Positions 43,720 to 57,122 of a stretch of DNA of 64,000 nt are shown here, piece after piece (the stretch's first letter is position 1; every line of letters starts with the position of its first letter). The DNA comes from Octopus sinensis (lineage: Eukaryota). The stretch is taken from the NCBI RefSeq assembly GCF_006345805.1, contig NC_043014.1:18476001-18540000 (forward strand), in the 5' to 3' direction. Position numbers and translations under genes: made by a program. The notes under the pieces are model-generated. The model made no database searches. It saw nothing but the letters and a program-made list of their open reading frames with translations, and was not told the origin of the DNA.

Positions 43720-44427
43720 GTAAACGCATGTGTTCACATGTATATGTATGTGTCATTCTCTCACACATGTCCATTTCATATACACGTTCATACACCTTTC
43801 TCTTTTTCTCTCTGTCACTTTAAAACAAAAGTAAATAAATAAATGTATTTTACGGAAATTAGTGAACAAAACCAGCTGATCCGGATGATCGTTTCGAGAG
43901 TCAAAACAACAGTTGTGAGAGTCAAGGCGAAAGATCGTCCCAAAGGAATACAATTGCAAAATTGTTTTGGAGTGTATTCAACGTATCTCAGAAACAAAGA
44001 TTTGGCTGCTATTTCTACCACGCCCTACTATCATCTAAAATCTATTTCCCACAAAGGACCGGAAACACCTATTATATGTTAGCAGGGCGTGCAAGAAAGG
44101 GCAGCCAAATCTTTGCTCTTCCAGGTAAAGGAGCCGTTTACGCGCAAGCATGTAAAATAACCTATAAAAGAAAAAAAAACATGAAACAAAACTCCGTTGC
44201 TGGGAAACCCAGACCTTTCGGGACAGCGTGGGTCAAAACTCACGCACCAACCTCATTATATTGCGTTGTGATTTCTCATTTTGTTCATTATGTCCAAGTA
44301 CGTGTCTATTCGTCATTGCTTTATTTTATTCAACTTTAGAAAACCTGAAGCAAGTGTTTCACAATCTAGGAGCGTAGCGGACTTATTTTGTGGTCCTACC
44401 CAGCAAATATGTATAGCACACACACAC

Positions 44428-44473
<46 letters not shown>

Positions 44474-44634
44474 AACATATACATATATATGTGTGTGTGT
44501 GTGTGTATGTATATATACATATATACATACAGACATACATTTATACACACACATGTATGTACCCAGTATATGTGTGTTTATGTATGTATAGACACAAGCA
44601 AACACACTGAGCCATGCATATAATGTGGATATAA

Positions 44635-44825
44635 TCTATATATATAAAAGTGAGAATGAGTGTCTGTCTGTCTGTATGTGTGCATCGCTAAAATTTGAGA
44701 TCTATCCAACTAATTTCTTTCAAATTTTACAGATGCCTTACTTAGGGTCCATGCAGTGTCATAGGCCAGGCAAAACTTCAGCTTCTTCACTAATGCGAGT
44801 CCGGAGCTATCTCTTATCTCTTACA
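44635..44825 (+). mobile_element. Possible Helitron-like 5' end
   Basis: TCTATATATATAAAA start followed by gtctgtctgtctgt, typical of non-autonomous Helitrons. No 3' CTAG hairpin end was found. Confidence 0.4.
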
Positions 44826-44847
44826 CCACACACACATACACACACAT

Positions 44848-44892
<45 letters not shown>

Positions 44893-45003
44893 AATATATA
44901 TATATAAATATATATATATATACACACATATATATGTTTACACATATATGTATGTATATATATATTATATATGTAGTTATGCATGTATATATGCGTTTAT
45001 ATA

Positions 45004-45050
<47 letters not shown>

Positions 45051-45070
45051 GGTATATGTACGTATATATA

Positions 45071-45252
45071 GGCGCGTGCGTGGCTGTGTGCTAAGGAGCT
45101 TACTTCATAACCACATGCTTCCGAGTTCAGTCCCACTGCGTGGCACCTTGGGCAAGTGTCTTCTAGTATAGCATTCGGCCGACCAAACCATGTCAGTGGA
45201 TTTGCTTGACGGAAACTGAAAGAAGTCAGTCCTATATATATACGTATATGTA

Positions 45253-45288
<36 letters not shown>

Positions 45289-45497
45289 CATATACATGTG
45301 CGTGTGTGTTTGTGTGTTTTCCCCCCGCCCCCACAATCGCTTTGAGACTGATGTTGTGTTTACATCCCCGTAATGTAGAGGTTCGGCAGAAAATACCGAT
45401 AGACTAATCACCAGGGTTACAAAGAATAAGTCCGGGGGTCAATTTGTTCGACCAACGGTGGTGCTCCAGCATGTCACGTGACTGAAGCAAGTAAAAC
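45071..45497 (+). mobile_element. Dominant-family SINE
   Basis: tRNA-like head and conserved 3' body. Confidence 0.88.
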
Positions 45498-46396
45498 AAT
45501 ATTAAAAAATCTATGCCATTTTAATCCAGAACAAGGCCGTGTATTTCTGCTAGTTATGACTAAAAAGAATGGATAATAGAATATGAAATCATATTATCCA
45601 CCCATCGATGAAACTATATATACATGCATAACACACAGATATAAACACTCATATATATTTATTGCAGACAAAATGATTCGTTTTCAGGAATCCCAGCTGT
45701 AAAATAAGTGACGTGTTGCCAGCAGCAACAAAAAGCAAAATACGTAAAAGAATGTATAATGGAAGAAAAAGAGGTGAAAATGTCGATAAGCCTGTTACGC
45801 TTAATCGGTTATTTCCAATAATTCGAAACCTTTTGCTGCGAAAGGAAAATGATAAACCAGTCACAGCAATTATAGCCGTTACTATTTGAAGAAGATGGTC
45901 GATTCCCTAATCACCGAGTTTCGTTGCTGATGATGAAGCGATTTTATTCGTTCAATATTTCCCAAAGTATTCCTTGCAGTTACTTCAAGGACACTGATAC
46001 TAAATGCCGGTCGAACCTAAGCTGTAACTCAGCTCTTTCTAAGTGACTAACTGTGTTAATTACCCACAAATTACGTCTATAAAATATGTTAAAATGCGTA
46101 ATTTCTTTTCCATCCAATACAAAACTATTTGGCCTTAGAATGTTTCGTAGCAACTTGTTAGAAAGATGAACTCAAAATAACTTCATTTCTCCAACAAGGA
46201 ATCCTGAAAAATTGATATCCGTACGCGAATATATATACTTGCGAAACCGTTCAGAACAATCAACGACCATGACAAAAACAACAACAATAATAATATGACA
46301 ACTTTTTTTTGCCGTAAATCTAATAATTCGACTCCAGCACACGATGATTTTACTACAAAATAGGTGAATGTATATAGGTATATGTATATATATATA

Positions 46397-46520
46397 GGCG
46401 CGGGCATGACTGTGTGCTAAGAAGCTTGCTTCACAACCACGTGGTTCCGAGTTCAGTCCCACCTGCGTGGCATCTCTAGTAAGTATCTTCTACTATAGCA
46501 GTCGGCCGACCAAACCAAAC
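46397..46520 (+). mobile_element. SINE 5' fragment; apparent diverged local duplicate of 45071-45190
   Basis: Shares the idiosyncratic gtgtgctaag, ttccgagttc and gccgaccaaacc, plus the upstream flank tataggtatatgta. Confidence 0.7.
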
Positions 46521-46587
46521 CAGCTTGTTCACTAATGCGAGTCCGGAGCAATCTCTTATCTCTTACATATATATATATATATATATA

Positions 46588-47457
46588 TTACATTTTACAA
46601 AGGGCTTAGTAAAATAAATTACTTTGCCACATACTGAACTCATTAGAAATAGCAGCCAAAAAAAGATTTTTTAGCCATTTCTAATACTTAAAGAAAATTT
46701 CTCTCAGATAGTGTTTACTCAAAATAACCCACGAAGGTATGGGGGTAGAAACATTAAAAAATCACAAGTGCAAAGATTATTTGAGAACGTACGTTTCTAG
46801 ATCAGCCAAATACAATTCGACATTTCTTTCGTCAGCCCAAAATTTCTTAATTCGGATTTGGAAACACTGAAAATAGGAGCATACACTTTTGGCGACTTTT
46901 CACCTCCGAAGATCCGCTCAAACTAACAGTGCCAACAAATTCAAAATATGCAAGCGAAGAATTTCTGCTCTCCCCTTCCACCCACGTGGGCTAAACTAGC
47001 AAACACCATATTTTATCGGTGAAAACCGAAGCATTAAACAGAGAGAAATGAATTATAATTTCAACAATTGAGGGTAAAATTAATTAATTATTAATCAATT
47101 TCACCAAGTATTCAGTATGTAAAGGGACCATTTAAGGCGAATTCAAAATATTACATTTTATAAAGGGCTTAGTAAAATAAATTACTTTGCCACATACTGA
47201 ACTCATTAGAAATAGCAGCCAAAAAAAGATTTTTTAGCCATTTCTAATACTTAAAGAAAATTTCTCTCAGATAGTGTTTACTCAAAATAACCCTGCTATT
47301 TCTAATGAGTTCAGTATGTGGCAAAGTAATTTATTTTACTAAGCCCTTTATAAAATGTAATATTTTGAATTCGCCTTAAATGGTCCCTTTACATACTGAA
47401 TACTTGGTGAAATTGATTAATAATTAATTAATTTTACCCTCAATTGTTGAAATTATA
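46588..47457 (-). mobile_element. Penelope-like/retrozyme-like non-coding element: partial tandem repeat, inverted terminal copy and hammerhead motif
   Basis: Direct repeat 46588-46730 / 47151-47293 (563-bp period); perfect 165-bp inverted arms 47054-47218 / 47293-47457; hammerhead-like motif 46780-46841; (TA)n flanks. Confidence 0.65.
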
Positions 47458-47514
47458 TATATATATATATATATATTTACCATGATTTTACTACAAAATA
47501 GGTGAAATTTAAAT

Positions 47515-49910
47515 AAAAAATATCTTTTATTACATAAAGAGAAGCAGAAGAATTGTAGATACAAGTGAGAGTATTGCGGCAAATAAGATTACTTAAAACA
47601 ACAAAGTTTGCAAGGGACCAAACATCGGAGATCATATCAACTAAAGCAGTGGTTCTCAACCGGGGTCCTTATAAGATATTGCTGTTAAAATTAATGTGCA
47701 ATAAATTGGTTATACATCTACAATACACATAATATTTTAATTTTTTAATACAATTCCTAACAATATTTAAGTATAAGAATACGGTCGGATTTTTTTATGC
47801 GCATGGAGATTTTTTTATGCGCATGGAGATTTTTTATGCGCATGGAGATCCAGTAGAATAGAATAGGAATCAAAGGGATCCATAGGCGAAAGCAATGGCT
47901 GAGAACCACTGGATTAAAGATATAGCCCAACCGCAAAAGACAACTGGGAATTATCGTGGAATAATATATTCTGGAACTTGTGGCTGAAATATTTAAGTAA
48001 CTCACAATGAAAAACTCAAATGATGAGGGAAAAAGACAGTAAAAAAACAAAAAAACAAAAAAAACTACAAGCCCATAACCTACCTTAGTACAACTTACAA
48101 ATCTAAATATAATGATATCTACATGGGAGAAAAGAAATCATTAATAGCTGCAAAGACTCATATGGCTCTATAGAGCACTTATTGATTGAAAGGACCTTAA
48201 TCAAAACTGTAAAGACAGATTCAAAATATGGTATTTAGTGATTATCAGAGATTTTGAGAGTAATCTGACACACATAAATTCGGGAAATATTAACTATGGG
48301 AAAGCTCACTCTAATAATAAACAGACAAAAGAAAGGGACGTTAAAAAGAACCCCATTTTAATTAGAAAATCTACCCTCCACACAGACTTTGGTTCCAATT
48401 CTTTTTATGCTTGGCGTTAATACTTTAATTAGCTCGGTTATAAATGCTACGAGAGGACAATCAACCGTCTTTTGGACACGGATTACCTCATACCCTACTC
48501 TGTAAATGATAAACAACATGAAACATTATTGCTGTTACTAAAGATACTGATATGTTAATCACGAAGAAGTGAAAATTAAAACCTATAATATCGTATTAGA
48601 GACAAAACAATTAAGAGCGTTTGACCAAACACAAACGAATATTGAAAAAATTAATATAGACAAATGTAAATTTAACACATTTTAGCACATTAAAGTGATA
48701 CTCAAACCCCAACCTCACGAAAAAAGCAGGTAGTAAAGAAGGTAATAGTTATTAATATACTAGAAATCTCATGTAAAATGTATAATTATCATATTCTCAA
48801 CAAAATGCAGAGTAAATTACCATGATTAAACTAGAAGAGACAAAACTTACACTATCCAAAATCTAACGCAGAAAAATTATACTTACCATGAAGACAAGGG
48901 TGTAATTTCTACTGTGAGAAAACTATCATAAAATATCTACAGTAAACTAATAAAATATATTATACATAATAATGAAAAATTAATATAGATAGTGACAAAC
49001 GCTAGATAATCCCAGAATTATTACTTGAAGGAAGCTGAGCATAATAGCAAAAAGCTGCAAAAAGTTGTGGCAAAACTTCAACCTATTTGAAGAATGGAAT
49101 TATAGAATGTCATGCAAAGGTGACAGAAAGAAAAGCCTTAATATGGCCAGTTCCAGAAACAAAGTGAACAGTATTGGATACCAGTTGGAGGACGATTTGA
49201 GCTGATTAAAGTGTCTTCACCATTTTGTCTCAAACGAGAGGTTTTCTTCATGACAAACAGTAATGAGAAACTTCTTGCGCGTTTAAATATCTCTCAAAAT
49301 ATATTTCAAATGATATCCATTTTCGTTAACTTTCAGTCAGTCCTTCGCGCAACTTCTCACGAATTTACTACGACCTGTGCACTCCGCTATGCACTCTTCA
49401 CTTAGATAAACCTAGCCAAGACAAAACGACATTCTGTTGCGGAATGACATCAGTTTACTCCCATCACACACACACAAAATATGCATGTAGCGAAAGAAAA
49501 CCATTAATTAACTGCAGGATATATAGTTGCTGGAAAGCAACAATAAACCAAATTTCTAGCTGCCTGGTTTCAAGTAACAGGGAAATTATCTAGAGGGACG
49601 ACAGATTTGGAGCATTTACAAACTGGAAATTGCATGAGAGTTATGAAATACTAACAGAAACGAGATGGTATGAATATCTGCAGAAAAGATCTCATAGAAG
49701 GAAGCAGGAATCTCACTCTAGGGGAAACTAATCCTATTGGATACGCTGCCAAGAACAACAACGAAACGAAATGACTCGCAACAGAATTATCAGTCTGAAT
49801 AGATAACATATCAGAATTTCTAATTATTAAATATTGCATAACAGATAACAAGAATATGGTAACAGAGCATGCAGAAAATGACAAGCACTAGATACTTATA
49901 CTCGTAAAAC
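47515..49910 (+). mobile_element. Old, highly degenerate R4/Dong relic interrupted by a hAT MITE
   Basis: YKPITYLSTTYK, SYGS.EHLLI and RWYE-type residual motifs. Confidence 0.5.
47647..47911. mobile_element. hAT-type MITE
   Basis: Termini CAGTGGTTCTCAACC and GCTGAGAACCACTG; 8-bp flanks aactaaag/gattaaag (6 of 8 match); internal ~22-bp triplication. Confidence 0.8.
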
Positions 49911-49929
49911 ATCAAAAATAAGCAGAAAA

Positions 49930-50140
49930 AATAAGCTACTCTTTTACTCTTCTACTTGTTTCAGGAATTTGGCTGTGGCCATGCTGGAGCACCGCCTTTA
50001 GTCGAGCAAATCGAACCCAGGATTTATTCTTTGTAAGCCTAGTACTTATTCTATCGGTCTTTTTTTGCCGAACTGCTAAAGATACGGGAACGTTAAACAC
50101 ACCGGCATCGGTTGTCAAGCGATGTTGGGGGGACAACTCG
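49930..50140 (-). mobile_element. SINE 3' half
   Basis: ggccatgctggagcaccgcctttagtcgagcaaatcga...ggttgtcaagcgatg. Confidence 0.88.
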
Positions 50141-50141
50141 C

Positions 50142-50209
<68 letters not shown>

Positions 50210-52450
50210 TCCACTGCTAAAGTTGTAACTGCTCAACTAGCTATCAGGACAACACAGAAAAGGACCAACCATGTTAATAGACCTCCTAAGTGAAAAGTAG
50301 AAATACAAAAAGAGATCGAATTTCTGCGGGTGGATTTATAATCTCTCGATGAACTTGCTAGAGGAGTAAATGTTAAGACAGAACGAGCTAAAATAAAAAA
50401 CAAGCAAAAATATAAAATCAAAGAATAATTGAAACAACTTATACAACTGATAGCTGTTGCGCTATCCTTTCATAGAGCTTTCTCAGCTTCTTCATTCAAT
50501 GAACTTGGATTCCATCCGGTCCTGGGCTCTTCCAATTTGGGAATTTTCTTAACTGCCTTTTTATTACTTCTGTAGTTATAACATTTCTGAAACATTTTAT
50601 CATTTGTGTAGTTATGACATGCCTTCCGGTAATGTGAAAACTAATGCCCGGTGCTTTGGACGGGAAAAATGTGGATACTTGGAAAAATGTGGGCTGTTAA
50701 CCATTGAACAGAAAGGGTGCCGACAAAGGAGCCGGCGAAGGAGGGATAAATTAAATATCAGGAACTGCCAAAGAAGACATGCAAACTTGAGCATGGCAAG
50801 GGTTGACTATCGATATGATACTACGCTCTTGGATAAGAACAATGGAAATGTATGGATTATCAGTAAATATGAGTAGCCTTATATGGAATAGTAGGAAATG
50901 CTGGAGGACGGAATTGACAGCAGAGAAACGAGTACTAGGAGAGGTGAAAATCAAGAGAGGGATCTTCCAGAGGGACAGTGTGCCCCACGATCTGGGAAGA
51001 GGTAAGGGAGAACTAAACTATTTGCTTTTCCTGGACGACCTGAAGCTATTCACAAAAACTAAGGCAGAACTGGACAGCCTAGCCCAATCTGTGCAGATTT
51101 TCTCCAATGATATTAAGATGGATTCTGGACTCTTAAAATATGTTACGATGGTGATGAGACGAGGAAAACTTTCCAGGAGAGAGGGGACATAGTTGACAAG
51201 TGGTGAAATGATGAAGGCAACTCAACTCCAATACAGCGATAAATACCTGGGAATACACGAAGGAAAAGACAAAAAGAGAATACCTGCGACGAGTGAGAAA
51301 AAATTGGCTTCAAAGCTGAATGCCAGAAACATAATTCCGGCAATAAACTCGTGCGCAATTGCAGTAGTCCAGTATGGAGCAGGAATCCTGAAGTTGACAG
51401 AGGAATATCTAAAGTAGATGAACAGGAAGTCAAGAAAGCTCCAAACGATGCATGGAGCCCATCATCCACGTGCCGACACTGATCCCCTATTCATGAAGAG
51501 AGTAAATAGACTGATAAGTGTGGAAGACTGCGTGAGTATTGTACTCAAATGCTTAATGACATACCTAGCCCAAAGTAAGGAAACCTTGCTAGTAACAGTC
51601 AGGAACGAGGGAGTATTGAGAGCAGAGAAAAAAGTAAAAGAAAGAAAGAAGTACACAATCAATTCCATGTAGCCACAAGAGAATATGCTGGAAAAAATAG
51701 GTGGGATTGACTGATGAAAAGAATCCTAAAAAAAGAGACTGAGGGCACTATACTGGCAGCGCAAGACCAAGCTTTGGCTACGAACTGGAGTGTCAACCTT
51801 AGGAATGAGCAAGAGTCACCGCTGTACTGCATCTGCAATACAATGGATAAAACAATTGTTCATATAACGAACTAATGTCCTAGACTGGCCCCAAACCACT
51901 ACAAGTTGTGGCGACAAAATCAAGAAGCGAAGGTGCTGCATTGGAAACTAAACGTGATATGAGCACAAACCGCAGAAAGTGAAGGAATCGGAGGCTATCA
52001 AAATCCTCTTGGGTTTCCCAATACAAACAACTCAGATGCTAGAGCTTAACAAACCGGACCTAGTGATGGCGGACAAGGTACATCACATATGCTTTATAGT
52101 TGCATGCCCCTTTGACCCACGAATATTCAAGAAGGAAGGCGGAAAGATAGATAAATACAACCCTCTTTATTACGAAATAGCCCGGCTATGGAAAATGACG
52201 AAGGTGAAGATAGTGTTAATTATTATCAGGTCCTTGGGAACAGAATCAAAAAGCATCAAGGGGAATATAAAGGAAATTGGAATAGAGTGCTCAGTAGAAC
52301 TGTTACAAAAGGATTGCCTCCTTAACACTGCCAGAACAATCAGAAAGTATTAGATATCTGAAAAGAATGGATCGTATGGTACCGTAGGCTGCAGGTAGGT
52401 AGCTTGCTATGCATGTAAGACTCCAGGAACTCCAACAAAACCTGTGATAG
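50210..52450 (+). mobile_element. R4/Dong element, degenerate, with an internal inverted segment
   Basis: TCLPVM, EQKGC, RGIFQRDS, LFLDDLKLF, LNARNIIPAINSCAI, HGAHHPRADTD, NKPDLV, KIDKY; (AAT)n at the 5' flank. Confidence 0.88.
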
Positions 52451-52539
52451 AGAGAAATAATAAACAACAGCAGCAACAACAACAACAACAACAACAGTAG
52501 TAATAATAATGATAATAATAATAATAATAATAATAAAAA

Positions 52540-52981
52540 GATGGGTTACAGCAAATATTCTGCTCAATACCACAGATTTGCTTGTCAGTTGTTTGACCTT
52601 AACCGGTTGAGCATGTCCCCTAGTGGCTGATCATATGTGCATCTCTGATCACGAGCATCATAGCCATGTGTTGAGAGGGATTCTTTGGGGTTTGAATAAT
52701 TCACCTCTGGAAACATGGGTGGTTCTTTCAACATCCTTAAACAACCCTTATTCAGGGACCTTTTGAGCGGGATGGGTTACTCAACCTGAAGAAAATTGCA
52801 ACTGGGCCCCACCTGCAAGGTCATGTGCTGTTTATCTTGATAAGAGATCACCATGTCACGCACATATGGTTGTGATGCATGTGCCTGGTGTAACCTTATC
52901 AGACGGGTAGTCATGATGGGTATATTGGGTTTCGTATATTTTACCCGTGTCACTTTGATGGCATGAACTGCTCTCTCACTC
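52540..52981 (+). mobile_element. ~440-bp non-coding element inserted in (AAT)n
   Basis: (AAT)n on both sides, no tRNA head, no ORF; a related derivative lies at 15311-15437. Confidence 0.7.
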
Positions 52982-53022
<41 letters not shown>

Positions 53023-53042
53023 TAATAATAACAACAATAATG

Positions 53043-53104
<62 letters not shown>

Positions 53105-53107
<3 letters not shown>

Positions 53108-53330
53108 GAATTGGAGAAATTGTCAAATTACAAAGACCTCAAAATTGTAAGAATTCAAGATGTGCAATATTACTGTAAAAACAATACAAACAATAATTGG
53201 ATCATTGGGCATAATAAAAAGCATATGAACAAAAACGCAAAAGCTATACCCGGATCCTCAAGACTAAAAACTCTCCAAAAAAATAACCCTGCTAGTAACA
53301 GCCCACATGCTACGCAAGTTAATAATAATG
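53105..53330 (+). mobile_element. R4/Dong extreme 3' fragment
   Basis: EKLSNYKDLKI...IIGSLG...IPGSSRL..LQK; embedded in (AAT)n. Confidence 0.7.
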
Positions 53331-53331
53331 A

Positions 53332-53402
<71 letters not shown>

Positions 53403-53411
53403 ATAATAATA

Positions 53412-53447
<36 letters not shown>

Positions 53448-53487
53448 CAAAAATAATAATAATGATAATAATAATAACAACAACAGA

Positions 53488-53543
<56 letters not shown>

Positions 53544-53575
53544 TAATATTAATAATAATAATGATAATAATAACG

Positions 53576-53787
53576 TTTCAGCTTTTGGCACAAGGACAGA
53601 AGTTTCGGTGGAGGGGATGAGTCGATTACGTCGTCCCTGGTACTCAGGTGGTACTTATTTTTAGTAACCCCAAAAGGATTAATAGCAAAGTGGACCTCGG
53701 CAGAATTTGAACCCGTGACTTAAATATGAGTGAAATACCACCAAGCATCATGTCCAAAGTGCTAGCGATTCTCACAGCTCACTACCT
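53576..53787 (-). mobile_element. Second SINE-like family copy
   Basis: aaagtggacctcggcagaatttgaacc, the reverse complement of the family core. Confidence 0.65.
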
Positions 53788-54183
53788 ATTTGATGATGAT
53801 GTTTATGCTGCTGATAATGATGATGACGACAACGACGACAACGACAGCAACGACAACAACAATAATTATTATATAAAAATGAACAAAGAGATTATGATGA
53901 TAATGACTACGACGTTAAAATAAAAATGATGTTTAAAATATTTTTAAGCTTTACACGAAACATTTTGCAGATGAAAAGTCGAAAATTTTAAATCTGCAAG
54001 GAAAAATTAATCAATATAAATCGAAATATATTTAAAAAGGAAACAATAAAAACATAATAAAGCATATCTGAGATACACATTATTTGGTACACTAGAAAAT
54101 CAATGATTTAAGCGAATATTAATTAACCATAGCATTTGCTCTGATGTCAAATGGATAATTTTAATCAAGGAATCACCATCATC

Positions 54184-54221
<38 letters not shown>

Positions 54222-54483
54222 TATCATTATCACACAGCCAACAATGGTGCTGTGATGCAGAAGAAGACGAGGAAGAAGAGGAAGTAGAGGAAGAAGATAA
54301 TGACGATGATGATGATGGTGGTGGTGGTGGTGATGATGGTCATAAAAATGATGATGAAGGAGTAGAAGAAGAAAGAGAGGAAGGAGAAAAGGAGAAGAGG
54401 ACGATGACGATGGTAATGCTACTGCTACTGCTTATGCTGATGATGACGATGATGATGGTTATGATGACAATAATGATGTTTAT

Positions 54484-54508
54484 GAAGAAGAAGAAGAAGA
54501 AGAAGAAG

Positions 54509-54540
<32 letters not shown>

Positions 54541-54658
54541 GAAGAAGAAGAAAAGAAGAAGAAGAAGAAGAAGAAGAAGAAGAAGAAGAAGAAGAAGAAG
54601 AAGAAGAAGAAGAAGAAGAAGAAGAAGAAGAAGAAGAAGAAGAAGAAGAAGAAGAAGA
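54484..54658. repeat. (GAA)n microsatellite
   Basis: Direct reading. Confidence 0.95.
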
Positions 54659-56418
54659 GGAAACCCACAAGCAGCATATAAGTTTTTGATAGAGCTGACT
54701 GAACGAAATAGTGCCTAAATCTCCTCTGTTTTAACACGTTGTCGTAAAAGAAAATAAATAAATTATAACATATTCGCTTATCGTAGTTCCAGGTACACTG
54801 TGTCAAGAAAACAACATTGGATGGTCATGTTTGGAATACCTGTGATTATAAGATTGTTCAAGTGTTATTTTCCTCTTGCTAAATAACAAAAAGAAACAAG
54901 AGAGCATTGATATCAGGGATAAGGCTAATTAAAATTCAAGATGGTCACTGGATGTGCAACAAATAGCTACCGAATCTCTTACAAGTGATGAGCTAAGGTC
55001 ATAAAATAAAGGATAACATTTTGAGTAATGTAGCCCTAGATACACTGTGACACAAACGAGAGATAAGATGAATGCGATCTCAAGTCATTGCAGACTCACG
55101 GCTAGGCTGGAACTAAACGCAACAAGGAGAAACCAAGGTATGGGCCTCTACTCGATCGCTGGCCGTAATAGAAACAGTAGGCAAATCGCCCTCAAATCAT
55201 ACTGTATCATCTTAATGGAACGGAGACATGTTATGAGAAAATAAAAATAACCCTAATATCCAGAGGGACATTCAACAGAACCAGCAACGTTAGACAACAA
55301 CGATGAAGATGACAAAAATAACACGAACAATCACAGCAGTTTTCGCAGCGGTATCCATCACAACAACAGCAACAACAACACAACAACAGCAGCAGCAGCA
55401 GCAGCAACGACATCATCATCGAAAATATGAGTATGAAGAAATAAAATCGGATGCCATATTACGTCTGGGTTAATTTCCAATGCTCCATTTCACATGGACC
55501 ATTATAGCAGCTTTTAATGACTTCTGTTGTGCAGGTTGTATACATTTATGCATGTGAATTGTTCTTGTTGCATTGTTGATGCATTTATTATAGCTTTCAT
55601 TTTTATTGTGTGGCATGTAAGAACCGCCTGAATGACAAAACAACACCATTGATCAGAGGCGTTCCAACCATGACTAAGTGTTCTTTTTCTGTTTCCAGAC
55701 AGTGTACGCGGGACTCCAATATCCAACGGGGCTGTCATTCTTTTCAAGATCGTTGTCTGTGATTTGTCGGAGATTTAGTTGCTATTTCTTGCAGACTTAA
55801 AGACTATATAAAGTCTCATTCGATGACTCATTATTTGCATATATTTATACGTGGTGGCGCCATCGTTAAAGTTTTATTTTTTTATTATTCAAATCTGTAT
55901 ATATATTTTTTGTTTCCTATAAATAAAGAACAGAAGTTTATTTTTATTCATTATAAATGTAAATTCATCGATTATTTCGGTTATTTAATTATTTATTTTA
56001 TTTCAGTTCATTATTGTAGTATATTTTATGGGAATTTTTGGAAAATAAATATTCTTTAACCCCAAAAATCCACTTCCGATCTGATTAGTGTTTAATGAGA
56101 GGAAATAATATTTTTGCTGTGAAATTCATTTAATGTTATTTATAGGAAATAAACATTTATTTGAGTCAGTACTCCAGCATGACCTCCTACAATGCAGTGA
56201 CGTAAATCGGTAAAACTCTAAGAGTAGAAAACATACAACAAAATATACTTCTAGTGGTAAAAAGTATGAAATAAACAATGAAAAACAACATTAAAATGCT
56301 TAGAATATCCGTCTTTTAATGACGGTTCTAATTCTGTTTTGCATTTCCTGATGATCGCTAATATCAACGTCGAGCGAAATTATAGAACAGATTGCCGTAG
56401 CAACGTTTCGCATACACG

Positions 56419-56525
<107 letters not shown>

Positions 56526-56579
56526 ACAGACACACTTATACACATACATATATATATACATATCTACACACGTATCTTG

Positions 56580-56935
56580 TATCTTTTTTCTTGTTTCAAT
56601 GATTAGACTACGGCCATGCTGGGGCACCGCACTGAGGAATTTTAGTAGAATTAATAGATCCCAATATTTATATTTATACTTGCTATGTAGTCTGGGTTTC
56701 GGGGACTTCAACACACCAATACTGGTTGTCAAGTGGCGATGGGAGGTAAACACATGCGCAAAGGCACACACACAGACGTTCATTTCATTTATAGTTTCAG
56801 TTTCCGTCTCCCAATTCCATTTACGAAGCTTTGGTCAGCTCGAGGCTATAAAAAACAAAACATTTGCCCGAAGTCCCACGCAATGGGACTGAACTCGGAA
56901 CCATGTGGTAAGCAAACTTCTTACCACACAGCTAT
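56580..56935 (-). mobile_element. Dominant-family SINE
   Basis: Head and body match the reverse complement of the other copies. Confidence 0.85.
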
Positions 56936-57122
56936 ATATACGTATCTATAGATACACACACACACATACACACAGACGCACGCACAATCTCACACAGACG
57001 CACACACACATACACACAGATGCACACACACAAATATGGGAGGAAATAGAGATGGGTAGAGATAGATATAGAAACAGGATAAATAGGCGTAGGAGTGGTT
57101 GTGTGGGTAGTAGCTTGTTTAC

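Noticed and set aside
54700-55290. Possible LINE endonuclease relic
   Set aside because: Motifs are too eroded to support a call.
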